Of a DNA stretch of 64,000 nt, positions 38,010 to 51,546 are shown piece after piece. The stretch is taken from assembly GCA_964016885.1 (NCBI GenBank), contig OZ024758.1, forward strand, positions 24,304,001 to 24,368,000, read 5' to 3'. The first letter of the stretch is position 1; each line of letters opens with the position of its first letter. The translations under genes were made by a program, and so were the position numbers. A model generated the notes under the pieces. The model saw only the letters and a program-made list of their open reading frames with translations. It did no database searches and was not told where the DNA came from. Source of the DNA: Eledone cirrhosa. Lineage: Eukaryota.

Positions 38010-38343
38010 CATCATTTCATTTTTATGTCCACTTTTCCCTGCTTGCAAGGGTGGGACGGGAACTGATTCTGGCTTGATTTCTACAGCTGGTTGCCCTTCC
38101 TAACACCAACCTCATTTACAGTGAGTGCTGGGTGCTTTTTTGCCATGGCACCTCCTCGACCACTTTGCAGTGGAATGATAGGGATCCCAGTCCCTATCAT
38201 CTCATTTCTACAGCTGAGTAAACTGGAGCAATGTGAAATAAAGTGTCTTGCTCAAGGAAACAACACATCACCTGGTCTGAGAATTGAACTCACAACCTTT
38301 CGATTGCAAGCCCAATGCTCTAACCACTAAGCCATGTGCCTCC
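38010..38343 (-). mobile_element. SINE family C, full length (tRNA head, CORE-like, Nin-like, RTE tail)
   Basis: Near-identical copies at 47430-47764(+) and 48255-48595(-); same body with a different tail at 42212-42597(+). Confidence 0.85.
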
Positions 38344-38951
38344 ATATAATTATATATTCGTGTACAGATATTTTTGCATACACAATAACAAAATATAAAC
38401 AAACGTATTTATTTCACGAGGCTCAATAAGGATAAATATATATCAAATATATAAGAACCCTAGAGCAAATCCCGAGCAACGCCAGGTCATTCTGCTAGTG
38501 TAGAACTGTATCTAGCTAGTTCTCTACAGCTGGATGCCCTTCCTAATGCGAAGCAATGTTCTACTTAATGCTATAACTGTAGTATGTATGTATGGTCTCG
38601 TAACTCCTGACAGAGTCTCAGGAGTGCCGTATTGACATGTGGTGTTTCTTGGGCATTTCAAGCCTGGCAGAGCTCACCCCTCTCCAGGCCTGAGTACAGC
38701 AGATTTTTTTCCAGAGAGAGGAAGAATCGACCCCAGTAGTAGACTGGTACTTTTTTTATCGACTTCAAAAGGATGAAAGGCAAAGTTGACCTCGGTGGGA
38801 TTTGAACTCGGAGAGCAAAGAACCGGAATGAATACCATAAAGCATTCTATCCAATGTTCTAATGACTCTGCCAACTCAGTGCCTTTAATGCAGTTGGTAA
38901 AATGACTATATTATATAATAGTAATATTGGTGCTGTGTGCATGTGTCTTAA

Positions 38952-39655
38952 CCCTTTAGCATTCACATTACTCTATATATACTATTATATTTTCATGGTA
39001 AAGGCTTTACCTCACATAATTATCTCACATAACATTTACATTACTCTATATATACTATTATATTTTCATGGTAAAGGCTTTACCTCACATAATTATCTCA
39101 CATAACATTCACATTACTCTATATATACTATTATATTTTCATGGTAAAGGCTTTACCTCACATAATTATCTCACATAACATTCACATTACTCTATATATA
39201 CTATTATATTTTCATGGTAAAGGCTTTACCTCACATAATTATCTCACATAACATTCACATTACTCTATATATACTATTATATTTTCATGGTAAAGGCTTT
39301 ACCTCACATAATTATCTCACATTACTCTATATATACTATTATATTTTCATGGTAAAGGCTTTATCTCACATAACATTGACATTACTCTATATATACTATT
39401 ATATTTTCATGGTAAAGGCTTTACCTCACATAATTATCTCACATAACATTCACATTACTCTATATAAACTATTATATTTTCATGGTAAAGGCTTTACCTC
39501 ACATAATTATCTCACATAATATCGAATCTATGAGATTTTGAAAGTATTTATTTTGAGAACAATACCTTAACATCAGTTTGAGCGACCAGTTACAGCCAGT
39601 TTCAACAGAAAGAAGTAGAGAATTCTGGTCGGTTTTGGCCGGTTTGAACACTAAA
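38952..39655. mobile_element. piggyBac-type MITE (opposite orientation) with a 73-bp tandem array (about 8 copies)
   Basis: TTAA|CCCTTTAGC start; same family as 26601-27164; the other end is degenerate. Confidence 0.75.
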
Positions 39656-39804
39656 TGAATATAAATGTGGTTTTCAGTACGATGCATAAGGAAGTATGAG
39701 AAATATTGGTAAAAACAGCGTGAGTGTAACAGTGAGTAAATGTATTGTGTTAAAATATCTCCATTGATTTTAAATGCTTTCTTCCAAATCATTCCACTGC
39801 CTTC

Positions 39805-40524
39805 ACCACCACTACAATATCTACCACCACTACAATATCTAATACCACTACAACTACCACCATTACATTATTTACTACCACTACAATATCGACCACTACC
39901 ACCACTACAACTACCACCACTACATTATCTACTACCACTACAATATTTACCACTACCACCACTACAATATCTACTACCACTACAACTACCACCACTACAA
40001 TATCTACTACTACTACCACCACTACAATATCTAATACCACTACAACTACCACCACTACAATATCTACTACCACTACAACCACTACAATATCTACTACCAC
40101 TACAACTACCACTACCATCACTACAATATCTACTACCACTACCACCACTACAATATTTACCACTACCACTACCACCACTACATCTAGCACTACCACTACA
40201 ATATCTACTACCACCACTACAATATCTACCACCACTACAATATCTACTACCACTACAACTACCACCATTACAATATCTACCACCACTACAATAAGTACTA
40301 CCACTACAACTACCACCATTACAATATCTACCACCACTACAACTACCACCACTACAATATCTACTACCACTACAACTACCACCACCACTACAATATCTAC
40401 TACCACTACCACCACTACAATATTTACCACTACAACTACCACCACTACAATATCTACTACCACTACAATATCTAATACCACTACAACTACCACCACCACT
40501 ACAATATCTACTACCACTACCACC
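39805..40524. repeat. (ACC/ACT/ACA) low-complexity tract with CACTACAATATCTAC subrepeats
   Basis: Direct reading. Confidence 0.9.
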
Positions 40525-40999
40525 AGAACAAGAACAACTCTATCACCGTCACAGTCACTTAGAATAAACATCCACATTGCAACTACTTCAAACCCTATGA
40601 ACATTCCCCTACAACATCAACAACAATTAGATTTTCTAACCAAAACATCAAGAGGAAAGACTTAGAAGAAATGTTAAAACTATATTGTCTTGGATTATTC
40701 CTTGTCAATCATGGAAACCAAAATGAAAAGTGAAGACTTTAAGTCTAACCTTTAATGTAAACATTACAAGACTTTGTTGGGTTCCAATGACAAGCAAGAA
40801 ATATTACTTAGAATCCTATTCTGACATTTTAGAAACTGTCAACAGAAACAATTTCAGACCAGCATTCAATGACATTTCTAAATATAGTTAGATACGGAAG
40901 ACAATAAGAATAAAACTAAGCTGGAATTCATGATGAAAGTAAGTAACATTAAAGATGGTTAAGTTATGTCAGAGAAAATATCTTTTGTTTGCACTATAG

Positions 41000-41925
41000 A
41001 ATAATTGTTTCTATGTTTGGCAACAAGGCCAGTAATTTACCCCCCAGTACATTACTGGTGTTTTATTTTATTGACCCATGTAAAGATGAAAGGCAAAGCT
41101 AACCTCGGCAGGATTTGAACTCAGAACGTAAAGGGCCACAACTCTATGCTGCAAAGAATGTTGTCTGCCACTCTACCGATACTGCCAATCCACCGCACTA
41201 TGGAATAAGAATAATAATTGTTTCTGATTTAGGCACAAGGCCAGCAATTTTATGGAAATTCAATGAAAACGACCTCAGTGTATTACTGGTATTTTATTCT
41301 ATCGGATCCTCACAGTGCATTACTGGCATTTTATTCTATCGGACTCCCACAGTGTATTACTGGTACTTTATTCTATCGGATCCCCACAGTGCATTACTGG
41401 TAATTTATTCTATCAGACCCCACAGTGTATTACTGGTACTTTATTCTATTGGACCCCCACAGTGTATTACTGGTACTTTATTCTATCGGATCCCCACAGT
41501 GCATTACTGGTAATTTATTCGATCGGACCCCCACAGTGTATTACTGGTACTTTATTCTATTGGGTCCCCACAGTGCATTACTGGTACTTTATTTTATCGA
41601 CCCCAGTGCATTACTGGTACTTTATTTTATTGACTCCATAAGGACGAACGGCAAAGCTAACCTCGGTGGGGTTTGGACTCAGAACATAAAGGGACGTAAC
41701 TATATGCCACAAAGAAAGATGTCCGATGCTCTAATAACAATGGTTTCTGATTTAGGCACAAGGCTAACAATTTTGGGGGAAAGGGAAACTTTATTAAGTC
41801 AACCCCAGTGCATTACTGGTACTTTATTTTATCAGCTCTGTAAGGATGAAAGGCAAAAACTAACCTCAGTGGGATTTGAACTCAGAACGTAGGATGTAAG
41901 TATATGCCAAGAGTTCTTGTCCAAT
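41000..41925 (-). mobile_element. SINE A cluster with a ~38-bp tandem expansion of the SINE core (41275-41620)
   Basis: About 9 copies of CAGTG(C/T)ATTACTGGTACTTTATTCTATCGGA(T/C)CCCA inside a SINE. Confidence 0.8.
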
Positions 41926-42093
41926 GACCCTGTGATAAACAAGCAAAACCTCAGAGTAACAAGTCTAACTCAAGTACTCCTTTCACTCAGCTGTCAACCA
42001 CATATGGATATATCTCTATCTCTCTCTCCAGGTAAAACTTGAAACATTAAAGTCTCATTCCTGGATATGTCACTATTTATAAAACACACTTTG

Positions 42094-42154
42094 TATTTTA
42101 TCTGATGAGAGCGTACCAAAGTTTTGGTACCTTTGAAATATATATAATAGAATA
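42094..42154 (+). ncRNA. Type I hammerhead ribozyme motif (family H1)
   Basis: TATTTTAT CTGATGA GAGCGTACCAA-AGTT-TTGGTACCTTT GAAA T-ATAT-A TA ATAGAATA; followed by (TA)n at ~42187. Confidence 0.8.
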
Positions 42155-43705
42155 AATATGGTTTTATAAATATAGTTTCCATTTTTATATATATATATAT
42201 ATATATATATGGAGGCACATGGCTTAGTGGTTAGGGCATTGGCCTTGCAATCGAAAGGTTGTGGGTTCAATTCTCAGACCGGGCGATGCATTGTTTCCTT
42301 GCGCAAGACACTTTATTTCACATTGCTCCAGTTTACTCAGCTGTAGAAATGAGATGATAGGGACTGAGGTCCCTATCATTCCACTGCAAAGTGGTTGTGG
42401 AGGTGCCATGCCAAAAAAGCACCCACCACTCACTGTAAATGCGGTTGGTGTTAGGAAGGGCATCCAGCTCTAGAAATCAAGCCAGAATCAGTTCCCGTAT
42501 AAGCAAGACAATGTCAGCTGACCAGCTACTGCACACAACAACCCGTCTAACCCATGCTAGCGTGGAAGAACGGACATAAAACGGTGATGATGATGATAGT
42601 AGACAGAATGATTCCATAGGCAATATCTCATTCTACAGCTAACTTAATAACACTTTAGAAACATAGGCAATAATACTAACTGTTTGATAAATGTATTTGG
42701 TTTTATTGATAACTGCTTTATTACGAATGTTTTAGTAATAACTCTTCTCAAATTTTATTTTGTTTTTATTTAGAGATAAAAGTTCCAAGAATGGAAAAAT
42801 CGGAATATGAAACAATTGACACTATGGAATAAATAATATGAGTGTGATAATGGACAGTATGATAATACAACATCATCTTATAAACTTCTATGTCATAAAT
42901 ATCAAATGGTGTATTGCAGGAAATAAATAAATACTGGGGTAACACTAAAAACAGTTATAAATTCCAACTCTGAGATAACTGAATATTTTGAATATTTAAT
43001 GTTAAAACTGTTCATGGTTTATTAACTATGAACCATCATACAAAATAATATATATTTATTCATTGTAATACAGCGCTTAAATTTTTGTTTTCTAATCTTG
43101 GCAAACATTAAGTTTTAATGTTAAATACAAAATAATGGTTTCTGATTTAGGCAAAAGGCCAGCAATTTTGGGGGACAGGGGAAAGTCGATTAAATCAACT
43201 GGTACTTTATTTTATCAACTCCGTAAGGATGAAAGGCAAAGCTACCCTCAACGTAAGGGGCCGTAACTCTATGTTGCAGAGCATGTTGTAGACACTAACG
43301 ACTCTGCTAATGCACCATCGTTGATAACAGTGGTTTCTGATTTAGGCACAGGGCCAGCATTTGGGGTGCAGGGGAAAATCAAATGAAATCAACCCCAATC
43401 CTCGACAGATACCTTATTTTATTGAACCCCGGAAGGATAAAAGGTAGGATATGAACACGACAAGATTTGAACTCAAAATGCAAAGGGCCATAACTCTATG
43501 CTGCAAAGCAGGATGTCCGACGCTCTACCGATACTGCCAAAAATAATTGTTACTATTTTTGGCACCAGGCCATTTGACAACAGCCATTTATAAACCCAGT
43601 TAAAATTTCCTCCACACAAACATAACTGAAATAAATGTTTATAATAAAATAATCCTTTCCTATGTTTACTATGATAACTATGATAGGTTCCATTATTGGC
43701 CCAGG

Positions 43706-43875
43706 ATGGTGGATTGGCAGTATCGGTAGAGAGTTGGCCACCATGCTTTGAAGCATAGAGTTACGGCCCTTTACGGTCTGGGTTCAACTCCCGCCGAGGT
43801 TAACTTTGCCTAAAATAAAGTACCAGTAATACACTGGGTAATTGCTGGCCTTGTGCCGAAAGTAGAAACAATTAT
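43706..43875 (+). mobile_element. SINE family A (internal deletion)
   Basis: TSD ATTATTGGCCCAGG. Confidence 0.85.
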
Positions 43876-44701
43876 TGGCCCAGGCCATGTTTGTTTAACT
43901 TAAAATCCCCAACTGGTGAAGTCTTTCAAGTCAGGATTTGGACACCATGGCTCACTCAAGTAGGGAGTAATTGTTGACATAGGCCACAACCAACTTAAAA
44001 GCCCACCTGGCAAGGTATTTCAAATCACGATTTAGACACCATGGTCCATTCCAGTAGAGAGTTATTGTTTTCAAAGACATATCCAGGAGTAGGGGGTTTA
44101 TCTGGGATTTCTTGAAGGACTTTGTCCAAAGACATTTTGAATTTTATGTGACCTATTTCTCTTTTTGTGTGTTTAATTGTAATGTTAAAGAGAGCGGGAC
44201 CAAATGAGGTGAAATAATTGAGCCGTAATGTTGTTATGAGATGTGAGCGTTATTTTTGTCATGGGCATTTATCCGATGGGCCCAAGCCATAGGTGTATTT
44301 TGAAGATGATGCCAACATCATTTGGGTAATGCTGATAGAATATTTTCCACTTCATGCAGATAATGTAGCACTCATAAAATGAAAATGATGTTTAATAAAT
44401 AATTATTTATTTTCCAAAAATCTATTTCACATAATAGTATTAATCTTTGCTTCATTCCAATCATGTCATGAGAAACTACTGGAATATTTCAATCTATATA
44501 AATGCCATCTATACTCAACACCTATTCTTCAATGAATTCAATTTACTGAATAAACAGTAAAACAATTATTCAAACTACAAAGAAAAAATGCTAATATTTA
44601 GCTTTTAAGAAAAATAAATATCATCCATTCATCTCCATATTCTAAAGATGGAAGTATTTTTATTTTTTATGAGATAAAATCTTTGAGATATATCCCAACA
44701 G

Positions 44702-45230
44702 ACATATATATATACATACACATATATATACATACATATATACATACATACATACACATACATACATACATATATACACATACATATATATATGCATACA
44801 CATATATATATGCATACACATATATATATACATACACATATATATATACATACACACATATATATATACATACACACATATATATATACATACACACATA
44901 TATACATACATACACACATATATACATACATACACACATATATACATACATACATACATACATACATACATACACATATATATACACACACACATATATA
45001 TATATATGTACACACATATATATACACAGATATATACACATATATATATATATATATACACACATATATATATATACACATATATACACACAGATATATA
45101 CACATATATATATACATACATACACACACAGATATATATACACAAAATATATATATACACACATATATATACACATATATATACACACACAGATATATAT
45201 ACATATATATATATACACGCACACATAAAC

Positions 45231-45279
<49 letters not shown>

Positions 45280-45644
45280 GATATATATACATATATACAC
45301 AGATATATATATACATATATATATATACACAGATATATATACATATATACACAGATATATATATATACAGATAATATATACATATATACAGATATATATA
45401 TACATATATATATATATACACAGATATATATACATATATATATATACACACACACACATAAACACATATACACACACACATATAAACACATATACACTCA
45501 TATATACACACACATATATACACACACACACATACATATACACACACACACACACACACATATATACACTCATATATACACACACACACTCATATATACA
45601 CACACACACACATATATATATACATACACACACAGACATATATA

Positions 45645-45713
<69 letters not shown>
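44702..45713. repeat. 1-kb compound (TA)n/(CA)n microsatellite
   Basis: Direct reading; source of the YI/CV/HT ORFs. Confidence 0.95.
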
Positions 45714-45997
45714 GCCCACTTACATTTGGAAGAGAGTGAATAAACTGTACAACACTATAAAAACATTCTGTAAATTTCTATAAAGTATTAGTAGACATTA
45801 AATGACGATCTGTGTTTTATATTTGCTTGTTTGAAATACTTTGCTTGAAAGTCTATGGTGCAGTTAGATGTTTGTATGAACAAGTCAACACCTAACTGCA
45901 TCAATGAATGAACAACTCTTCAATTGTCAGGTCACTGAGATGAGGCAAATGTAATATTAGTTTTCCTGTTGCTGAGGAGGAGAGCTTGGCTAAACAT

Positions 45998-46044
45998 TTA
46001 GATTCTGCAGTAGCCATCACCCAGAGTTAGTGTATAATATGTGG
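45998..46044 (-). CDS. Candidate terminal coding exon of an unidentified host gene
   Basis: Acceptor TTTTTAATGTTCCCTCAG, phase 1, (A)TYYTLTLGDGYCRI*, followed by unique AT-rich sequence. Confidence 0.25.
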
Positions 46045-46383
46045 CTGAGGGAACATTAAAAATGAATATATACATACATACATACATGGTGGCTGCCAAC
46101 TCGTTTTCGAGTACGGCCACTACTTTATATCCATGTAGGAGAACCCCTACCGATGCGCTGAACGAGTGTGACTTTTTAGTCCAGCCAGCGACTTGAAAAC
46201 TCTGGTACAAACACTACACATGTGACAATTATTGACACATAGTGCTGGGCCCATGGTACCATGTGATGACAAGTGCAGAGAGATCTCCAGATATAAAGCA
46301 ATGCCTGTGCCGTGAAGCTTTTATAGTGAGCAAAGGCACTGCACAAAGCATACATACATACATACATACATACATACATACAT

Positions 46384-46419
<36 letters not shown>

Positions 46420-46557
46420 AATATAGTTTCCATTTATTTAATATCGTAAATATACTCCAAATACTTGTTGAGTGCTTTTATATCAGTTATAAATATTTAC
46501 TAGTTGTAACCCAACAATTTAAATATAACTTTCCATATATATATATATATATATATA

Positions 46558-46978
46558 ACGAAGGAAATGTGGTAAGGAACCAGGTGGACCATAACGCACC
46601 AAAGTACTCAATACTTAGGGTAGTAGAGTGGGTAATAGGAATGAGTAGGACCCCGACGGCTGAGCTCAAGCCGTTTCGACGGCTAATTCTGGACTAAATG
46701 AAAATTTTTATCCTGGTATATGAATAGCCGAGCTTCTCAGGGGGTAATTCCATATATGGTAAAAGTGATTGTCACAAGGATTGGTCAAAAGTTTGTTGTT
46801 GAGACACATAATTCTATCATGGCAACTTGTGGAAGGAAGGGGTAGCTGAACCAGTATGACAATCACTTTTACCCCCCGGGAAGCTCGGCTATTCATATAC
46901 CAGGATAAAAATTTTCATTTAGTCCAGAATTAGCCGTCGACACGGCTTGAGCTCAGCCGTCGGGGTTCTACTCTTTCC

Positions 46979-46980
<2 letters not shown>
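46558..46980. mobile_element. (TA)n-embedded element (family H4) with ~110-bp inverted arms
   Basis: Arms at ~46636-46747 and 46869-46980; homologous to 7081-7218. Confidence 0.75.
46650..46745 (-). ncRNA. Hammerhead-like motif with a variant core (CTGAGAA)
   Basis: Minus strand reads ACCCC CTGAGAA GCTCGGCTA..TAGCCGTC GAAA CGGCT-TGAGCTC-AGCCG TC GGGGT. All three helices pair; the core deviates from CUGANGA. Confidence 0.55.
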
Positions 46981-47035
<55 letters not shown>

Positions 47036-47047
47036 ATGAAAATAAAA

Positions 47048-47080
<33 letters not shown>

Positions 47081-47083
<3 letters not shown>

Positions 47084-47369
47084 AGTTAAGCAAAACAAGA
47101 CCACAAATTTCACAAGGAAGACATTATTAAAAGATTGTCAACATATTTTAGTTTGTGAAATTTGTGGTCTTGTTTTGCTTAACTAATGAATATTTCCAGC
47201 TCTGCGTGCCTAATTTCTGCATGAACCCAGCCACCTAGCTGCTTTCTACTGCATATTGCACATTGAGCACATGCCTTTACGCTTTGGCTTCTAACTAATT
47301 CACCAATCTCTCCTCTCTTATCTCCTCTCCTATCTCCATCTCTCTCTTTAAGATTGGTTACTCTTGAAC

Positions 47370-47371
<2 letters not shown>
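47081..47371. mobile_element. (TA)n-embedded fragment with 34-bp inverted arms
   Basis: Arms at 47081-47114 and 47154-47187; microsatellite on both flanks. Confidence 0.5.
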
Positions 47372-47431
<60 letters not shown>

Positions 47432-48871
47432 GGCACATGGCTTAGTGGTTAGAGCATTGGCCTTGCAATCGAAAGGTTGTGAGTTCAATTCTCAGACCGG
47501 GTGATGTGTTGTTTCCTTGAGCAAGACACTTTATTTCACATTGCTCCAGTTTACTCAGCTGTAGAAATGAAATGATAGGGACTGGGGTCCCTATCATTCC
47601 ACTGCAAAGTGGTCGTGGAGGTGCCACGTCAAAAAAGCACCCAGCATCACTGTAAATGAGGTTGGTGTTAGGAAGGGCATCCAGCTGTAGAAATCAAGCC
47701 AGAATCAGTTCCCGTCCCACCCTTGCAAGCAGGGAAAAAGCGGACGTAAAATGAAATGATGATGATATATATATATATATACCATCATGTCACCATTATT
47801 TTACGTCCACTTTTCCTTGCTTGCAAGAGTGGATGGGACCTTTTCAGCACAGCATCTCTTCATTCATCACGGTCCTTCATCATCTCCTCTGTGAGCTTCA
47901 GCGATCACCACCTCCGCTCATCTTTTTCTTGGTCTTCCTCTACTGTGTCTTCCTGGCACTTCTTTACCCAGCGGTCATCTTCCATGTACATCACATGGCC
48001 AGACCAATGTAGTCTTCTCTCCCGCACACTATAGTTTATCCCTCTTATACACACACTTTCTCTCTCAACTCATCCATGCTTGGTCGTTCACGCACATTGA
48101 CATTGTACATCCAACGGAGCATGCTTGCTTCATTTCTCTCCAGCGATCACATATACTCCGCAGTTGCTGCCCATGTCCCACTACCATGCAGCATCACGTA
48201 TCTCACACAGGCATCATATAACCAACCTTTTGTTCATAGGGAGAATTCATTCATTTCATCATTTCATTTCATTTTACGTCCACTTTTTCCTTGCTTGCAA
48301 GGGTGGGACGGGAACTGATTCTGGCTTGATTTCTACAGCTGGATGCCCTTCCTAACACCAACCTCATTTACAGTGTGGGCTGGGTGCTTTTTTGCTGTAG
48401 CACCTCCAAAACCACTTTGCAGTGGAATGATATGGACCCCACTCCCTATCATCTCATTTCTACAGCTGAGTAAACTGGAGCAATGTGAAATAAAGTGTCT
48501 TGCTCAAGGAAACAACACATCACCCGGTCTGAGAATTGAACTCACAACCTTTCGATTGCAAGCCCAATGCTCTAACCACTAAGCCATGTGCCTCCATATA
48601 TATATCATCATCATCATTTTTAATGTCTGCTTTCCCTGCTAGCAAGGGTTGAACAAGTCAGTACTAAAGCGGAACCACTGACCTCCCAGGCAGGCCAGGG
48701 ACCTGAGCACTTATATATATTTAGTAACTTAACAGTTCAATATAATAAGTACTGGGATTAATATGAGCGACGTAAGATGCAAGAGGGTGATACTCAGGCT
48801 GGGGCAGAGCAAGAAAGGGGAGGGATGGAAAAGAGAAATGGGGACCAAGGCGGAGAAGAAAGAGGGAAAAA

Positions 48872-49071
48872 NNNNNNNNNNNNNNNNNNNNNNNNNNNNN
48901 NNNNNNNNNNNNNNNNNNNNNNNNNNNNNNNNNNNNNNNNNNNNNNNNNNNNNNNNNNNNNNNNNNNNNNNNNNNNNNNNNNNNNNNNNNNNNNNNNNNN
49001 NNNNNNNNNNNNNNNNNNNNNNNNNNNNNNNNNNNNNNNNNNNNNNNNNNNNNNNNNNNNNNNNNNNNNNN
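48872..49071. other. Assembly gap (200 N)
   Basis: Run of N. Confidence 1.
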
Positions 49072-49475
49072 GATAAAAGGCAAAGCTAACCTTAGCAGAT
49101 TGAACTCAGAACGTAAATGGCCGTAACTCTGTGCCACAAAGCATGTCCGATGATCTACCGATTCTGCCAATCCACCGCCCTTTACTAGTGTATAGTAAAA
49201 AGAACAACAGAGCAAGCTAAAAAGAAACTCTAAAACAGAATAAGGTAATATCTAGGACTGGGAAGAGAAGGCTTAACACAGTTTACTGGATGCCATAAAT
49301 ATTGACATATGTATATCATAGCTTGGTCCTTGGGTCAACATGACATAGTGAGGAAAGGAGGAGGAAGTGAGGGGTAAATACCTGTGACATGTATACACAT
49401 TTCTACAGCTTTCTAATAAATATTTGCCTGTACAGGTAATCAAAGTCATCATCATCATCATCATCATCCTCATTT

Positions 49476-49858
49476 CTCAGGAAGAAACCAGACTACAGCT
49501 ATGGATTAGAAAGCTAGAGAATGACTCCCCTCCTATTGATATGGGAATCGCCCCCCCCCCCCCCCCTCCTTCCGAAGCCCTCCCTCCTGGCTCAGAAGCA
49601 CCTTGGGTTACAGTGGAAGACACTCAACCACCTGAGAACAGGAGCTGCTATGGCCAGATGAGGCTACAAGACCGGCCCAACCATCTGCGAATGTGGAGAG
49701 GAGGACCACACGATGCAGCACTGCCTGTTTGCCCTCTACTACCCAACCAGTGCAGCTTAAAAGATCTCGCAGAATTTAATAATAATGCAAAGGACTGTGT
49801 AAAGAAATGGGAAACTGTCATATAACCACATGCTTCGAAGATACGAAAAGAAGAAGAA
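49476..49858 (+). pseudogene. Vingi/Ingi-like (I-group) LINE 3' fragment
   Basis: EALPPGSEAPWVT..TLNHLRTG..MAR..GYKTGPTICECGEEDHTMQH..VCPLLPNQCSLKDL..KKW across frameshifts; ends TACGAA(AAG)n; CTCATTT duplicated at the flanks. Confidence 0.65.
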
Positions 49859-50829
49859 TTCTCATTTGTTGTACTCATAGTTTTGGGCATTAATATATAC
49901 TGGTTGGATGCCCTTCCTAACACAGCACCACTTTACACCATGGACTTGGTGCTTTTATTCGTGACACCAGCACTAGAGAGGTTGTCTTACTGGACTCAGG
50001 GGCCCTCTCTACCCCTCCACTTTACAGCATGGACTAGGTGTTTTTATTCGTGCCAGCAGCACTAGAGAGGTTGTCTTACTTACCCTGTATAATGCATGAA
50101 TGAACAAGGAAGAACTGTGAATTAGATTCTCCGTGTCAAGCAAAAGCAATAATTGATAAGAAACACAGCAACAGGAACAACAGGTTCTAACTCCAGTACA
50201 TAGAATGGCAGTAGTTGGGGTGATAAAGTTTCAGTCTCAGAAAAACAGTAATTACATTAGGCTCTTTATTATATGACAAAATAACTATACAAGGGTCAGC
50301 TGAGACGTTCATAGGCTGACTATGAAGGAGTGATGTTAAAGCTGTGAAATCTGATAATTTCATGAAAATATCTTGGTCAGCCTATAAGCTTTACAGCTGA
50401 TCCTCGTATGTGTATGTATATAAGGGTAGGTTGAAAAGTTCATACGCTGACTGTGAAGGAGTGATGCTAGAGCAGTGAAATCTTGCATGTACTAATTTTA
50501 ACTCTTGTTATTGCTATATGAGGCTCAGCTGAAAAATTAATAGGCTGACTATGAAGGAGTGATGCTAGAGCTGTGGAAATCTTGCATGCAGTAATTTCAA
50601 CTCTTCTTCTTAATAATTACATCATTTCTTTCCAGGGACTATGTTGAAAAATAAACCTCATTTGGTTATTCCATGAGCGTATAAAATTTTCAACCGACAC
50701 TTGTAGATTGAAAATAAATAAATATTAAGTATGGCTTCAAGTTGTTTTTTTATTTTCTTTTACTGGAGAATGAAACATAAAAAGCAATATATTAATACAA
50801 TCAAAACAATTTCTGAATTAATTACTTAC

Positions 50830-50859
50830 CAAATGTTAATTTAAATTTTGTTTTCTGTT
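50830..50859 (-). CDS. Candidate 30-nt internal exon
   Basis: CTTTCTTCAG|AACAGAAAACAAAATTTAAATTAACATTTG|GTAAGT, phase 1-1, reads xQKTKFKLTF and joins in frame to 46044. Confidence 0.25.
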
Positions 50860-51325
50860 CTGAAGAAAGTTATTCTTAGACAAGTCTGAAATCTTAAATC
50901 TATTATGTGTGATATGTGTGTGTATCAAATATGTTAATTTCATGATATCAAATCTGTTCAATATTATATCAAGACTATAATATAAAACATTTATAACAAC
51001 ATTTTTGTACAATGGAAGCCTCAAGAATATACAACTTTCTATAATCACAAAATATCTCTATGAAAATAGATCTCCTCAAATACAACAATAAAACTCATAA
51101 AAAAGTTCAATATTGTTTATAAAGTACTGAATGTAACGCTGATTAAGAGTTAGAAATACATATTGTCTGCAATGTCAACATATTTATCCAATTTATCAGA
51201 AATACTGATAAAAGCTTCTTGTTGGATTTTTTCGATTTTTTATTCACATTAGTGAAATTTACAGAAACATTTTTAATGGTATTTTAATGGTATTTTTAAT
51301 AGTTTTTTTTATTTTATGCTTTTAA

Positions 51326-51546
51326 CCCTTTAGCATTTAAACCAGCCATATCCAGCCAAAATTCTCTCACCTCTTTCTTTTCAAACCGACCGTAGCTGGC
51401 CACTTATACTGATGTTAAGGTATTGTTCTCAAAATAAATAATATCAAACTCTTGTAGATTCGATATTATGCGAGATAATTATATAAGATAAAGACTTTAC
51501 CATAAAAATACAATAGTAAATATAGAGTAATGTAAATGCTAAAGGG
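51326..51546. mobile_element. piggyBac-type MITE, unexpanded 221-bp copy
   Basis: TTAA TSD, TIR CCCTTTAGCATTTA. Confidence 0.85.

Noticed and set aside
34664-38499. One large Helitron from a TC start to a hairpin-CTAG end
   Set aside because: Both ends are plausible, but nothing shows they belong to the same element.
39753-40663. Mucin-like Thr-rich open frame
   Set aside because: No start codon or acceptor AG upstream of the repeat; consistent with an (ACY)n microsatellite.
50078-50240. Minus-strand exon ending at GTAAGT
   Set aside because: The donor overlaps a local repeat, the acceptor is weak, and no frame is recognisable.
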